Origin: Dipteris shenzhenensis | Taxonomy: Eukaryota | Assembly: GCA_047967505.1 (NCBI GenBank) | Contig: CM106538.1 | Direction: 5' to 3' (one strand) | Length of the DNA stretch: 64,000 nucleotides | Position numbers and translations under genes: made by a program | The notes under the pieces: generated by a model | Database searches by the model: none | Told to the model about the DNA's origin: nothing | The model's input: the letters and a program-made list of their open reading frames with translations, nothing else | Shown: positions 50,701 to 61,519 of the stretch, in pieces | Position numbering within the stretch: the stretch's first letter is position 1 | Layout of the letters: each line of letters opens with the position of its first letter

Positions 50701-51734
50701 ATGCACTAGTCCCAATAGTTTGGATTCCAAATTTTCAAACAAATCAAAAGAAAGTTATGGAGTGTGCCCTCAAATGGGTATGCATCACTTTAGCACAACA
50801 TTGGAGGCCCATTAACCCATGCATAATGATCTCATTTAGGTGTGTCCTTGGGTTGAGGAGAAGCTCATATAGTGTACTTTAGAATGATTACTTGGTTGCA
50901 TGTATGTATAGAATAAAATTTTGATGTTTTTGAATAAATTGCTATATCCTATAGTCTTCAGGATGCATGCTTCACATGCAACATAGCACTTGTAATGCTT
51001 TAACAGTCTCATTCCAAATCCTTATTCCATAATTTTTGCTCTCATGTTCAAATTTGGAATGGGTACTACAACTTGAAGACAAAGTTTTCTGAATTCCGTA
51101 AAGTTTTCTGAATTCCGTTAAGCAATGCATAAGTAGGTCATGTAAGATACCCATATACAGAAAAGTCCCTGAACCTCACCAAAAATGGCTACATCCAAGC
51201 AAACAATGACCCACATAGGGAGCCAAGATAACCGATTCTCCTTCTTTGGATGGGTTTAGGTTTAAAATTATTGATTTGTGAAATTTATCACTCTTCTTTG
51301 TATTCAGTCAATCACATGCACCATGTTTGGTGCATGATTCCAAGGTGAAAGAATTTGAGTTGTAGCTTCTTCTAGCATTTATATGTATTTTTCCATATAG
51401 CTCTTTAGATACCTAAAACCCATAAGATCCTAGTCTTATTGGTGATAGTAATGCTCTTAAGGACTTTAAAAAACTTGATACTTATGTTACTAGTATGTAA
51501 TCAACAACCATGAGTTTGCTCTGTAGTTTTGGCTAGTCCATTTTTTGTGATATCATTTTGAACATCTTAACGGCACAAATTTAAAAAAAAATTACAACTT
51601 CGAGTTTAAACACCTATTTCAAAATTTTCTTTATGATTGCTTATATTTGGCTTGAGAAAATGTGTATCAAATACTAGTCCTTGTGTTGAGCTTGTGAGGA
51701 TTAAGAAATAAAGGTTTTTGCTAACTACAACCCA

Positions 51735-51885
51735 CTTTCGCTCACTAATTTGGGGTTGCTTGCTTTTCTCTGCTCGCTCGCTAATTTGGGGTTACTCTCT
51801 TTTCTCCGCTTGCTTTTTGGTAATCTCGCTGCATTGGTAGTCTTGCTCGCTAATTTGGGGTTTCTTGCTTTTTGGTAATCTCACT
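51735..51885. repeat. Short degenerate tandem repeats
   Basis: 'gctc.ctaatttggggtt' three times and 'cttgctttttggtaatctc' twice. Confidence 0.75.
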
Positions 51886-51939
51886 TCACTGGAGAAAATG
51901 GAAAGTCGTTTGATATAAGATTATCATGCGATAGCAACC

Positions 51940-52510
51940 TCCATATTATCCATTTGGTACAGAAGAAAAGTCCATAATGGATGTTTGTACCTAGTTGCAA
52001 CCTCTAAATTTGGAGGACTTGGGAGTTATCCTCATGGCATATTATGAGCCGTAGGTAGCATTGCAACCTTATTTTTACTCTTGCATTGGGAGGGTTGTGT
52101 TAAATAATAATTGTGCGTAATTGGTCATGTAGCTCACATTGGATCAGTTTGTTGATCTTGTAGTTCACATTGGAGTTTGTTGATCTTGCAGGATTTCAAG
52201 CCAACCCTTTTCATTGCAATTACACGCTATCAAGGCACAGTGTTAGCGTAAGTGTACTCTTAATGTGTTGTTACTTCAATGACATGTATGGTATATAATG
52301 CACAAATTCAATTCTATTATATGTTATGGGATTGCAGGTTGGAAACAAAGTTCATATTTGCTATCTGGGTAGAGTCACACAATACGAAGGTAATTTATTA
52401 GAGATAATAGAGTTCAAAAGATACAAGGTAGCGGAGCAAAAGGATGGGCATAGCTCTGGCTGGAGAGTGCTACAACTGCATGCTGCTCCTCAATTGAAAT
52501 TTTGAATTGA
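51940..52510 (+). pseudogene. Spliced Ulp1/C48 peptidase-like relic (MULE/CACTA-type accessory gene)
   Basis: 'LNLEDLGVILMAYYEP' joins across a GT(52051)-AG(52163) intron in phase to 'SHWSLLILQD'. Downstream 'KVAEQKDGHSSGWRVL' resembles the Q-x-D/N-G-x-x-C-G box, with TCT in place of TGT. Confidence 0.5.
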
Positions 52511-52859
52511 ATGCACATCCCTCAATGCTAGCATATATAGAGATGGATCTACACACACTTATGGCTCAAACCATTCAAGGACTAATGGCTATGATTGGGA
52601 AGAAGTGTGCAAGTCAAGTAGAGGAGATTCAGTGTATACTCAAAGCATGATGCATCATAGCCTCTAGAGAAAGTAGAGATCCAGTCTACACCCAAAGCAT
52701 TACAACATCCATACAATGCATCAAAAGGAGTCTACTCCATAGACAATTTAGCCTTGTGGAGCACGTCACCAATGGCCTTAGTCGAGAGCTGAATTTTCTT
52801 TCAACAAAAACACATTGGATGTAACTACCAAGCTATATTCCATATTGTTTTTGTGACGA

Positions 52860-53300
52860 TTACTTCATGTCCTCTAAGTTCAATTATACAAAATGTGTGA
52901 AGATGTTGTTTTTTAATTATATTAAATGTCTAAATGCACAAGGAGAATGTTCTCATGATGTTTAGTCCACATAATTTTTTAAAATGGTACAAATGTCTCA
53001 TGATGTGCTTTTTTAAGTTGTATTAAATGGTTTCTATGCATATAATTATATTAAATCTCTCATAATGGACTTTTATAATTATACAAAGCTTTATCATATT
53101 AAACATGTTTCATTATGTTATATGTGTCATGATATGTTTTCAACTTTTGTTAAACATCTCATGTTTCTTTAATTAATGCCTCATGCTATTTTTCATTATA
53201 TTAAATGTCTACTTATGGACATTTTTAATTCTTTTAATTATATCCAAGTATCTCATAATCCTCTTTTTAAGTTTCAATGCCACATGATGCTCCTTTAAGT
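52860..53300. repeat. AT-rich degenerate ~35-bp tandem array
   Basis: Recurrent 'ttttaattatattaaatgtctcatgatg'-like units. Confidence 0.55.
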
Positions 53301-53759
53301 TTCTTAGAGAGAGATTTAAGTAAGAGTAATATCTAATGGCCTTATAGTACTTAATGGTTATAATTTCTTTGATGAAGAGGATATGAAACTTTCTCCATAA
53401 GATGTCGCATCTATTTCATAACCTTAGTTTCATTTGCTTTTAAAAACTTAAAAAACTAGCTTTACTTTTTTGTTTTAATTTGTTTTTTGAAGAGTGGATT
53501 TTTTTCCTAGGTTTTATACAAAGTACTTTTAAAACAAATTTGGAGAATGCACTGGCCCAAAATTAATGAAATGCATATTAAGTCTCTTTTAATTGTAGGC
53601 TTGAGTAGCCTTCTCTCAGACATGACAATTGACTCTTGAGGTTATTAGACATCTACCTCACACACGAACCTAATCTACGACTTGCTACACTTGGGCAAGT
53701 GTCCACTTGCATAAGTGGGACAAGGACTCTTCACCCACAAGTCTCTAGTGAGGGATACA

Positions 53760-53981
53760 TTACTCTAGAATCTCACACATAGGCTTCGATACCAACAGGA
53801 TTCGTGTCCCTCAAGGCATTTGTAAGGGGACACCTTACTAGATAGGAATCTCGCATATAGGCTTCAATATTAATAGGGTCCGTGTCCCTCAACACATTTG
53901 TAAAGGGACAGTTTACTCTAGGAATCTCACACATAGGATTTGAAACCGATAGGGTATGTGTCCCTCAACACATTTGTAAAG
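53760..53981. repeat. Tandem repeat, 3 units of ~76 bp
   Basis: 'ttact..ag.aatctc.ca.atagg....gtgtccctcaa..catttgtaa' starts at 53760, 53835 and 53913. Confidence 0.85.
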
Positions 53982-54725
53982 TCCTGTGTGGAAGTTAGCA
54001 CGTTTCATGTCTTCTTTGACCGATTAAGAATTTTTGTACGAATTAATTTATCTTTCTTGAATAGGATTTAAAAGATTTTTTCAAGGAATTAATATTAACA
54101 TAAAAAGCCTTGCATGCTCATATGAAGGCACACTCCCTCATCACCACAATTATCATGCAATATCACCTTTGTGCTCTCTAATTTTCTATCTCTATAGCTC
54201 TACAATCTCTCCATTTAATTTTCTCACTACATGTGGTTCTTCTTTGCCTCTCCCAAGGTTGGATGTCATGGGTTTCCTTTGTTATTTAACTATGCTAAAT
54301 GGTAAAGCCCCTAATATGTAATGGTACTCCTATAGTCATTCAAACGCTAGTAAACTTGCAAGAAATAAACTTAGAAAAGGCCTACATGATCGTATTCAAT
54401 CGAAATTTGTTGAGTATATGCCCATGTACTTTCTCTATTGATTGCACATGTACTTCGACCACCCTAGGTGTTCCCTCTACAAGGATAAAGACACCTCTAC
54501 TTGCACCTTGCGGTCATGCATTTAAACACCGAGTCTACCAAGGGTAAATGCAACTCATACATCCCTCATCATTCTAAGAATTTTAAGCCCCTCATGTTAG
54601 CCCTCATGTTTTCAAAAATTAAATGCACAACAATATGCCCCTCTACCTTACACTTTGTACCTTCACTTGTAATATTCTTTGAGAATGCATGAGTTGCATA
54701 TACGCATTCACTTGTATCTTGGGAC

Positions 54726-54795
54726 AGTCACATAGAAAAAATGTGACTATATGTTTACAGAGTCACATAGAAAAAATGTGACTATATGTTTACAG
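54726..54795. repeat. Perfect 35-bp tandem duplication, each unit containing a palindrome
   Basis: AGTCACATAGAAAAAATGTGACTATATGTTTACAG twice; each unit has AGTCACAT-N7-ATGTGACT. Confidence 0.9.
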
Positions 54796-55101
54796 AGCAC
54801 TGTTAATGAAAATGTTTTTTAAACAAAGTTTCATGTTTATATAGAAAATTGTATTTTTTAGTCATACAATGTTCACAGATAAAAGATTTAGCCTTGGATG
54901 CATGTCATGTAGAGTGACTTCCCTCGTCTTGTACCAATATTCTTTAAGGATGCACAAGAAGTGCACATGCACATTCACTTGTACCAACAAGAGATGCCAC
55001 TTTCATATGTAGGGATGAGGTTTCACCGTGTGAACTTATTTTAAAAAGTGGATTTGAATTTCCAATACCAATAAATAGTGTAAAATTCATGAGTTTGCTA
55101 G

Positions 55102-55263
55102 CACGTGAACTTTATTCATTAAAATTGGATTCCAAAATGCAAATTGACCAATAAATATTGAACTTTATTTAATACCGATAAATATTCCAAAATTGATGAC
55201 TTTGCAAGCAAAGAATCTTATTTATAATTTTCGATTCCGAAAAGATAAAGACCGCACCCTATA
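55102..55263 (+). promoter_or_regulatory. Putative UGT proximal promoter motifs
   Basis: G-box CACGTG 55102-55107, W-box TTGACC 55144-55149, and TATA-like sequences at ~55220 and ~55260. Motif matches only. Confidence 0.3.
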
Positions 55264-55351
55264 TCGAAAGCTGCTCCACGCTCCAAATTTGCTCGTGTTT
55301 CAAGCTCTCAGCTCATTCATATCGCAAGATCTCATGGGTGAGTTTTAGCAC

Positions 55352-56746
55352 ATGATCGTTTGTGCATTCCCGGCTCAGGGGCACATCAACGCTGCCTTGG
55401 ATTTGTCCCATAAACTGGCCTCTGCTGGGCTCTCTATCACCTTCGTCTGCACTGAGCATTACATTTCACATGTGCAAACGCAAGAGGACGTCCCGATTCG
55501 CCTGGTTGGATTGCCAGATGGATTACCCCCGGAGAAGAGCAGCAGCGATAGTGAAAAGCAGCTTAGAGGTGTGATAGACGCGACTGAAAAGATGGCGAAA
55601 GTGTTCGAGGAGTTTCTGGTCAAGTCAAAAACCAACGCAGGGCATCTTAGTATCATCTACGACAGTGGGCTATGGTGGATTGGTCGGTTGGCCAAGAAGT
55701 ACAGCATTCCTGCGTATATCTTCTTCCCTATGTCTGCTATGTTTCTCTCTTTCATAGCCCATATTCCAGACTTCGCCTCTCAAGGTCGACTTCCGCTTCG
55801 CTCTGCTACTGACGTTTCTGCTTCATCCGATCTGTTCCATTTACCGGGCTTTCCGCCCCTTCACGCCTCGGAGCTTCCTGAGGTGGCATGGGACCCAAAC
55901 CCAGTGTGCTCGTTCGAGTTTATGATCCGACTTGGATCGTCTCTTAGTGATGCAACAGGGGTGCTGATAAACACGATCTATGAGCTGGAGCAGGAAACTA
56001 TCGAAAGTCTGAAACGAGGTGCAAAAGCGCTGGATATCAGAGCCATCGGGCCACTTCTGCCATTCGACACCAAAACTGGTTCCGACAAAGGAAAAGTCAA
56101 CGAATCCGATCGAGAGTGCTTGGAGTGGCTGGACAAGCAACCGGACTCGTCAGTTCTGTACGTAGCATTCGGAACCATTGCAAGCATGGCTGCGGAGCAG
56201 ATGCGGGAGCTGGCGATGGGGCTAGAGGCGAGCCAGCATCGCTTCATGTGGGTAGTAAGGATACCCACGACCCAGGACGTGGAGGGAGGTGTGAAGACTG
56301 TGCTGCCAGAAGGATTCGAGGAGAGGACGAAGGGCAGGGGGGTGGTGGTTAGGGGGTGGGCGCCGCAGAGGAGGGTGCTGGCGCACAGGGCGACGGGGGG
56401 TTTCATGACGCATTGCGGGTGGAATTCGACGCTGGAGAGTGTGTGCGCGGGGTTGCCGAGACTGTGCTGGCCGATGTTGGGGGATCAGGGATTGAACAGC
56501 AAGCTGCTGGTGGAGGTGATGAGGGTGGGGATGGCGATAACGACGAGCAACGGCCTTGCGCTTGTGAGCCGGGAGGAGATCGCACGGATGGTTTGCGTGC
56601 TCATGGACGAGGATGGCCCCGAAGGCACCCTCCTTAGAAACAACGCCCTCCACCTTCGAGATGTCGTCACACGGGCCATCGTTCCCCCCGGAGGCTCATC
56701 GCATAAACAATTCCAAAGCTTCCTCCACGACATGCTTCTCCCTTAA
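55352..56746 (+). CDS. Family-1 UDP-glycosyltransferase (plant secondary-product GT), intronless, 464 aa
   Basis: N-terminal 'FPAQGHIN' (catalytic His), 'IIYD' (Asp), 'CLEWLDKQPDSSVLYVAFGT', full PSPG box 'WAPQRRVLAHRATGGFMTHCGWNSTLESVCAGLPRLCWPMLGDQ', and C-terminal 'GGSS..F'. Confidence 0.95.
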   Translation: MIVCAFPAQGHINAALDLSHKLASAGLSITFVCTEHYISHVQTQEDVPIRLVGLPDGLPPEKSSSDSEKQLRGVIDATEKMAKVFEEFLVKSKTNAGHLSIIYDSGLWWIGRLAKKYSIPAYIFFPMSAMFLSFIAHIPDFASQGRLPLRSATDVSASSDLFHLPGFPPLHASELPEVAWDPNPVCSFEFMIRLGSSLSDATGVLINTIYELEQETIESLKRGAKALDIRAIGPLLPFDTKTGSDKGKVNESDRECLEWLDKQPDSSVLYVAFGTIASMAAEQMRELAMGLEASQHRFMWVVRIPTTQDVEGGVKTVLPEGFEERTKGRGVVVRGWAPQRRVLAHRATGGFMTHCGWNSTLESVCAGLPRLCWPMLGDQGLNSKLLVEVMRVGMAITTSNGLALVSREEIARMVCVLMDEDGPEGTLLRNNALHLRDVVTRAIVPPGGSSHKQFQSFLHDMLLP

Positions 56747-57428
56747 CTTCTCATGCTTCGCTTCCTAGCATCGTTTTGCATTTTGTGTGCTCCTCTCCTC
56801 TCTATCGTAAGCAGTCTTTGTACTACAAGTAGCATGACCCTTCTAGGACGGTTAGAGACCCGTTTCACTCCGTCTCAAAGTTGGCTATCTTTAATTTCGA
56901 GAAATAAAAGTTAAGGTTTTATTTATAAATCTCAAAATTTGGAAAATTTTAAGAAAGTTTCAAGCGTTTGGTTGGGCCAAATATATTTTTTAGCATTGCC
57001 TCTCTCTGTCTCTCCAGTATTTATTTCTGTAAATAGGGTAGTTGTTTTCTAGCAAGGTCTCCTAAAATTTTGTCCTTCATTTACCCTTTAGATTGAGATG
57101 GATATCCAAATGGTTCCCTTCTAAGCTAACCACTATTGAACATGTAGAGTCCATAAAACAATGCTTTGTAAGCATGTAGATCATTGACCCATTGGCTCAA
57201 TATCACTTAGATAACAACTCTTCATGGCCATATTCCATGTAGGATTCAAATCCTTGATTTCATCAGCTCATCACATTTTCACACATCGAACTAAAATTTT
57301 GATTAAGATCTCTTATCTACACACAAAGTCATATATATTTAGTGATACTCAAAGTAATTAATATTTACATTTTGTTAATATGTCAATTATGTTTGCAATC
57401 TTGCAAGCCAAGAAGGTGAATCACAACA

Positions 57429-57430
<2 letters not shown>

Positions 57431-57471
<41 letters not shown>

Positions 57472-57551
57472 TCCTTTTCTTTAATTTCTTGTTGCTGGCA
57501 GAAGTCCCAGAGCTACCCTACCCCCTGTTCCCTCTCCTCTCCCCTCCCCCC

Positions 57552-57618
<67 letters not shown>

Positions 57619-57775
57619 CCTCTCTCTTCCCCTTCCCTTCTTTCATTCCCCATGGTAACGCAATGGGCTGTGCAAAAAAAAAGATGTCGCGACAGTGTGA
57701 GACCCTCCCTTCCCTCTCCGCTCCCTCTCCCCTTCCCTCTCCCCTCCCCTCCCCTCTCCCTCGTCCCCGTCCCCC

Positions 57776-57817
<42 letters not shown>

Positions 57818-57934
57818 CCTTCCTTTTCTTTAATTTCTTGTTGTCGGTAGTAGTACGAGAGCTACCCTATCCCCTGTTCCCTATCCTCTCCCTCTCCCCT
57901 TCCCTCTCCCTCTCCCTTTCCCCCCCCTTCTCTG

Positions 57935-57990
<56 letters not shown>

Positions 57991-58150
57991 TGTCCCTCCC
58001 TCGCCTCTCTCTTCCCCTTCCCTTCTTTCCTTCCCCATGGCAATGCAATGGGTTATGCAAAAACAAATGATGCTGGGATAGTGTGAGATCCTCCCTTCCC
58101 TCTCCCCTTCCCTCTCCCCTCCCCTCCCCTCTCCCTCGTCCCCGTCCCTT

Positions 58151-58191
<41 letters not shown>

Positions 58192-58305
58192 TCCTTTTCT
58201 TTAATTTCTTGTTGTCGGTAGTAGTGTGAGAGCTACCCTATCCCCTGTTCCCTATCCTCTCCCTCTCCCCTTCCCTCTCCCTCTCCCTTCCCCCCCCCTT
58301 CTCTG

Positions 58306-58362
<57 letters not shown>

Positions 58363-58670
58363 CCCTCCCTCGCCTCTCTCTTCCCCTTCCCTTCTTTCCT
58401 TCCCCATGGCAATGCAATGGGTTGTGCAAAAACAAATGATGCTGGGATAGTGTGAGACCCTCCCTTCCCTCTCCCCTTCCCTCTCCCCTCCCCTCGCCTC
58501 CCTCTCCCCCCGGTCCCCCCCCCCTCTCTGTCTCTCTGTCTCTCTCTCTCTCTCTCTCTTTTCCCCTTACCTTCTTTCCTTCCCGAAGCCTTCCCCCTCT
58601 CTATCTCCATTCTATCTCTCTCCACCTTCCCCTCCTTTTTCCTTCTTTCTCTCTCTTTCCCCCTCCATCA
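57431..58670. repeat. Three ~350-370-bp tandem units built around (CT)n microsatellites
   Basis: Anchor 'ccttccttttctttaatttcttgttg' at ~57469, ~57818 and ~58189. Each unit also has 'gagctacccta.cccctgttccc' and 'ccccatgg.aa.gcaatggg.t.tgcaaaaa'. Confidence 0.9.
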
Positions 58671-58917
58671 AGATGCGTCATTTGAAGGTGTGTGCTTCAC
58701 TCAGTGCAAAAACATCTTTAAAAGCCTTTGTAACTATTACAAGGTATTGGCACCATTATAAAGCTCTTTGAGGTTATACCATTATTGGCACCGTTATTAA
58801 GTCTTAGAGATTTTAGAGTTCCAAAACTCTGGAAGGTGTTTATTAACACCATTATTTAGTCTTGGAGATTTTAGACGGATCTCATGGTAAATTAATATCA
58901 TGCATGGACCTTTTAAC

Positions 58918-59062
58918 TATGTGTGTGCGTGTGTGTGCACACGTGTCCATGCACGTGTGTGTATGTACATCTGTACACATGCATGCACGTGCGTACGTTG
59001 CATGTGCATACGTACGTACCTACATATGTATGTATGTATGTTTGTATGCTTATATATATATA
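58918..59062. repeat. Alternating purine-pyrimidine low-complexity tract
   Basis: Mixed GT/CA/GC/TA dinucleotide runs over ~140 bp. Confidence 0.75.
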
Positions 59063-61519
59063 GTTTATCCATGGATTTAAATTATTTTTATTTATTTAAA
59101 CTGTAAGGAAAAGTTAAACTTTTAAATAAGGATTCTTAAAAATAAAAATTTATACTAGGATTTTTGCAATATAGAGTAATGTAAGAATTATGTTTTTGCA
59201 TTATTAGTACAAAGTGATAGTGTAAGTACATAAAGTTTTTTTACAAAAGGGTGGTGCCAAAAAGTAAACTTTTGGTTTGGGAAGGATATTTTCATAAAGT
59301 AGTCTTTTTGAATAGAAATTTAAGTACCAAAATGTATCAAGGGACTGTGCACCAATCTATGTAAGATGCTACATTAAATTTCATAATTTTAATTTTAATT
59401 GCTTTTAAAAATTCTCAAATTTGGCTTACTTTTTTGTTTTAATTTGTTTTTTCAGTAGTGATTTTTAAATAAAATTTTGTCTAAAAGTACTTATGAAAAA
59501 GAATTTGGACATTAAAGAGTCCAAAATTAATGCATTGTATGTTATTTTGGGAATTACATCCCAACAAATCCATGAATATAAGTCTATGTGCACAAGAGCT
59601 CATAATTCATCCTTAGTTGTAATCTATATAATATTGTGACATTTGTCGTCCTTCGATCTTGCATTCAACTTCTCTACTATTGTTCATTCTGAATCTTCCA
59701 CCATCGCATTAAGAGCATGCATCAATGTTGTAAGAATTTAGATTGAAGCAAGTATATCTAGGGCAAGAAAACTAAAAATATTTCTATAATAGTATGTAAT
59801 ACAATTATGATAACCACACATAGTATGGGTGGGGAGGCAGGGCACTTCCTAACTCAAAGAATTATAATCCGAGGGAATGGGCCCTTCCTTGGGCATTGAG
59901 ATTGAGAACATCGAGAAGATTAGCATTGAGTAGGATCGTGACTAAGTCTTGTGAGTGAAAAAGAGGCTAACATATTACCTAAATGTCAATAGTCAATATT
60001 TGTATTGCAACTCAAGAAATTGATATCTTGCATGTGCCAATCACATAGATCTATTTCATTTTTTGCAAATATGAAAAAGTTAATTCAAAAGAGAAGGCAT
60101 ATTAGAAGACTCTGTCCATTATTCTTAAACTATGCTAAAATTCAAATACAAAGGACTTGCAAAAAGTGGCTTTTATCAATAGTTTAGACATGAATGAGTA
60201 GTGGATGGTTGGGATTCAAAGCCAGACTTGGAAGAATACATTTTCTAGTCAATTGAAAAAAAACACCATGCTAGAAGGAATACCATGTGACGCCTGAAGA
60301 AGGACTTCAAATCCTTGAGAGCATAAGAAATCGGTATTTTGGGTTGCATGATTAGCATACTAGGAATGATCTTAGAAGCTTCATCAACCTCCATCAGCCT
60401 TGAGGGGTCCACTTTATGTAAGCCATTTATACAATGCCATTTATACAATGTGCATTTGAAAGGTATTTTTTAAATCCCTTTGTAACCCCTTTTTATCTAT
60501 TTTATATACCCCTAGTGTGAATTTTTGGGTCAATAATTATATGCCTTCCATAAATCTAAAATTTGAAAAGCTTGGATTTTTTTTGCTCCTCTTGTACATT
60601 TTACTATGAGTTGAATTGGACACTACATATGAGAAGTTGTGTTATACAACCAATTGGACATGTCACATATGTGCTCCCCCTTTTTTATTTTTGTTTCCCT
60701 TGCATGCTCCCAAACTTGTCACTATGTACAAGTATTTTGCATGTAGTGGTTTGAATTGGACCATGGAAAGAATGACACAAACATACAAGAATATAGGACC
60801 AAACAAATTGTTTTAATCTTTTATTGATCTAGTAAGAGTGTTTATATACAATATGATGCAAGTAATAGCATTATGTTAATCTAGTGCGAGTATTTATATT
60901 CAATATGATGCATGAAGTAGCATTATGTTTCCTATATGAGACTTTTTCTATGAGGAAAATGTAACGTTTATCAACTCATCATAACAGCATCAAACTTGAT
61001 CATATTAAGTGCACACAAGTCATTAATCTTACTATCACTCAATCAGTAACTTTTATCAATCTGTCTCTCTTCTTTTTTTAAAAAAGTTACATGCTTTCAT
61101 ATATATGTATTTACATCAAATGTTTCTCATTTTTCAAATATCTTAACTTCCAAACCATATGCTATAGGCACATAATATAAAAGGCAAAATTACAGTAGGA
61201 AAAAGACATACTATAACTTTTTTGTGAAACTCAAGTTTAATTATTTATGCATCTGACAATATTTTAGTCTAGAAAGCACCCTTTAGTCCATTTCTACCCT
61301 AGTTCAATTCAAAGTTGTGAACAACCCATGTTTCCCTTAAGATTTGAGACCATATGTGAATAAAACAATGAGCTATTTTGGTAGTAGACCTAGATGTGTG
61401 AATCTTTAAGGGGAGACATAGAAAACCTACATTGTGTGCATGTGTGGATCTTTGATGGAAGCCATACAACACATGCATTTGATGCATGATTTTTTGGATA
61501 TAGTATTTTTAGTCCTTTA

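Noticed and set aside
47700-51700. Short ORFs in the 48-51 kb interval
   Set aside because: No recognisable motifs, splice-consistent structure or element termini; left unannotated.
55338-55348. GTGAGTTTTAG as a micro-intron removing the UGT stop
   Set aside because: 11 nt is far below spliceable size, and removing it would shift the frame.
55362-56733. Alternative-frame and antisense ORFs over the UGT
   Set aside because: Shadow ORFs caused by the GC-rich coding sequence.
57489-58685. Ser-Leu and Arg-Glu repeat ORFs
   Set aside because: Artefacts of (CT)n microsatellites.
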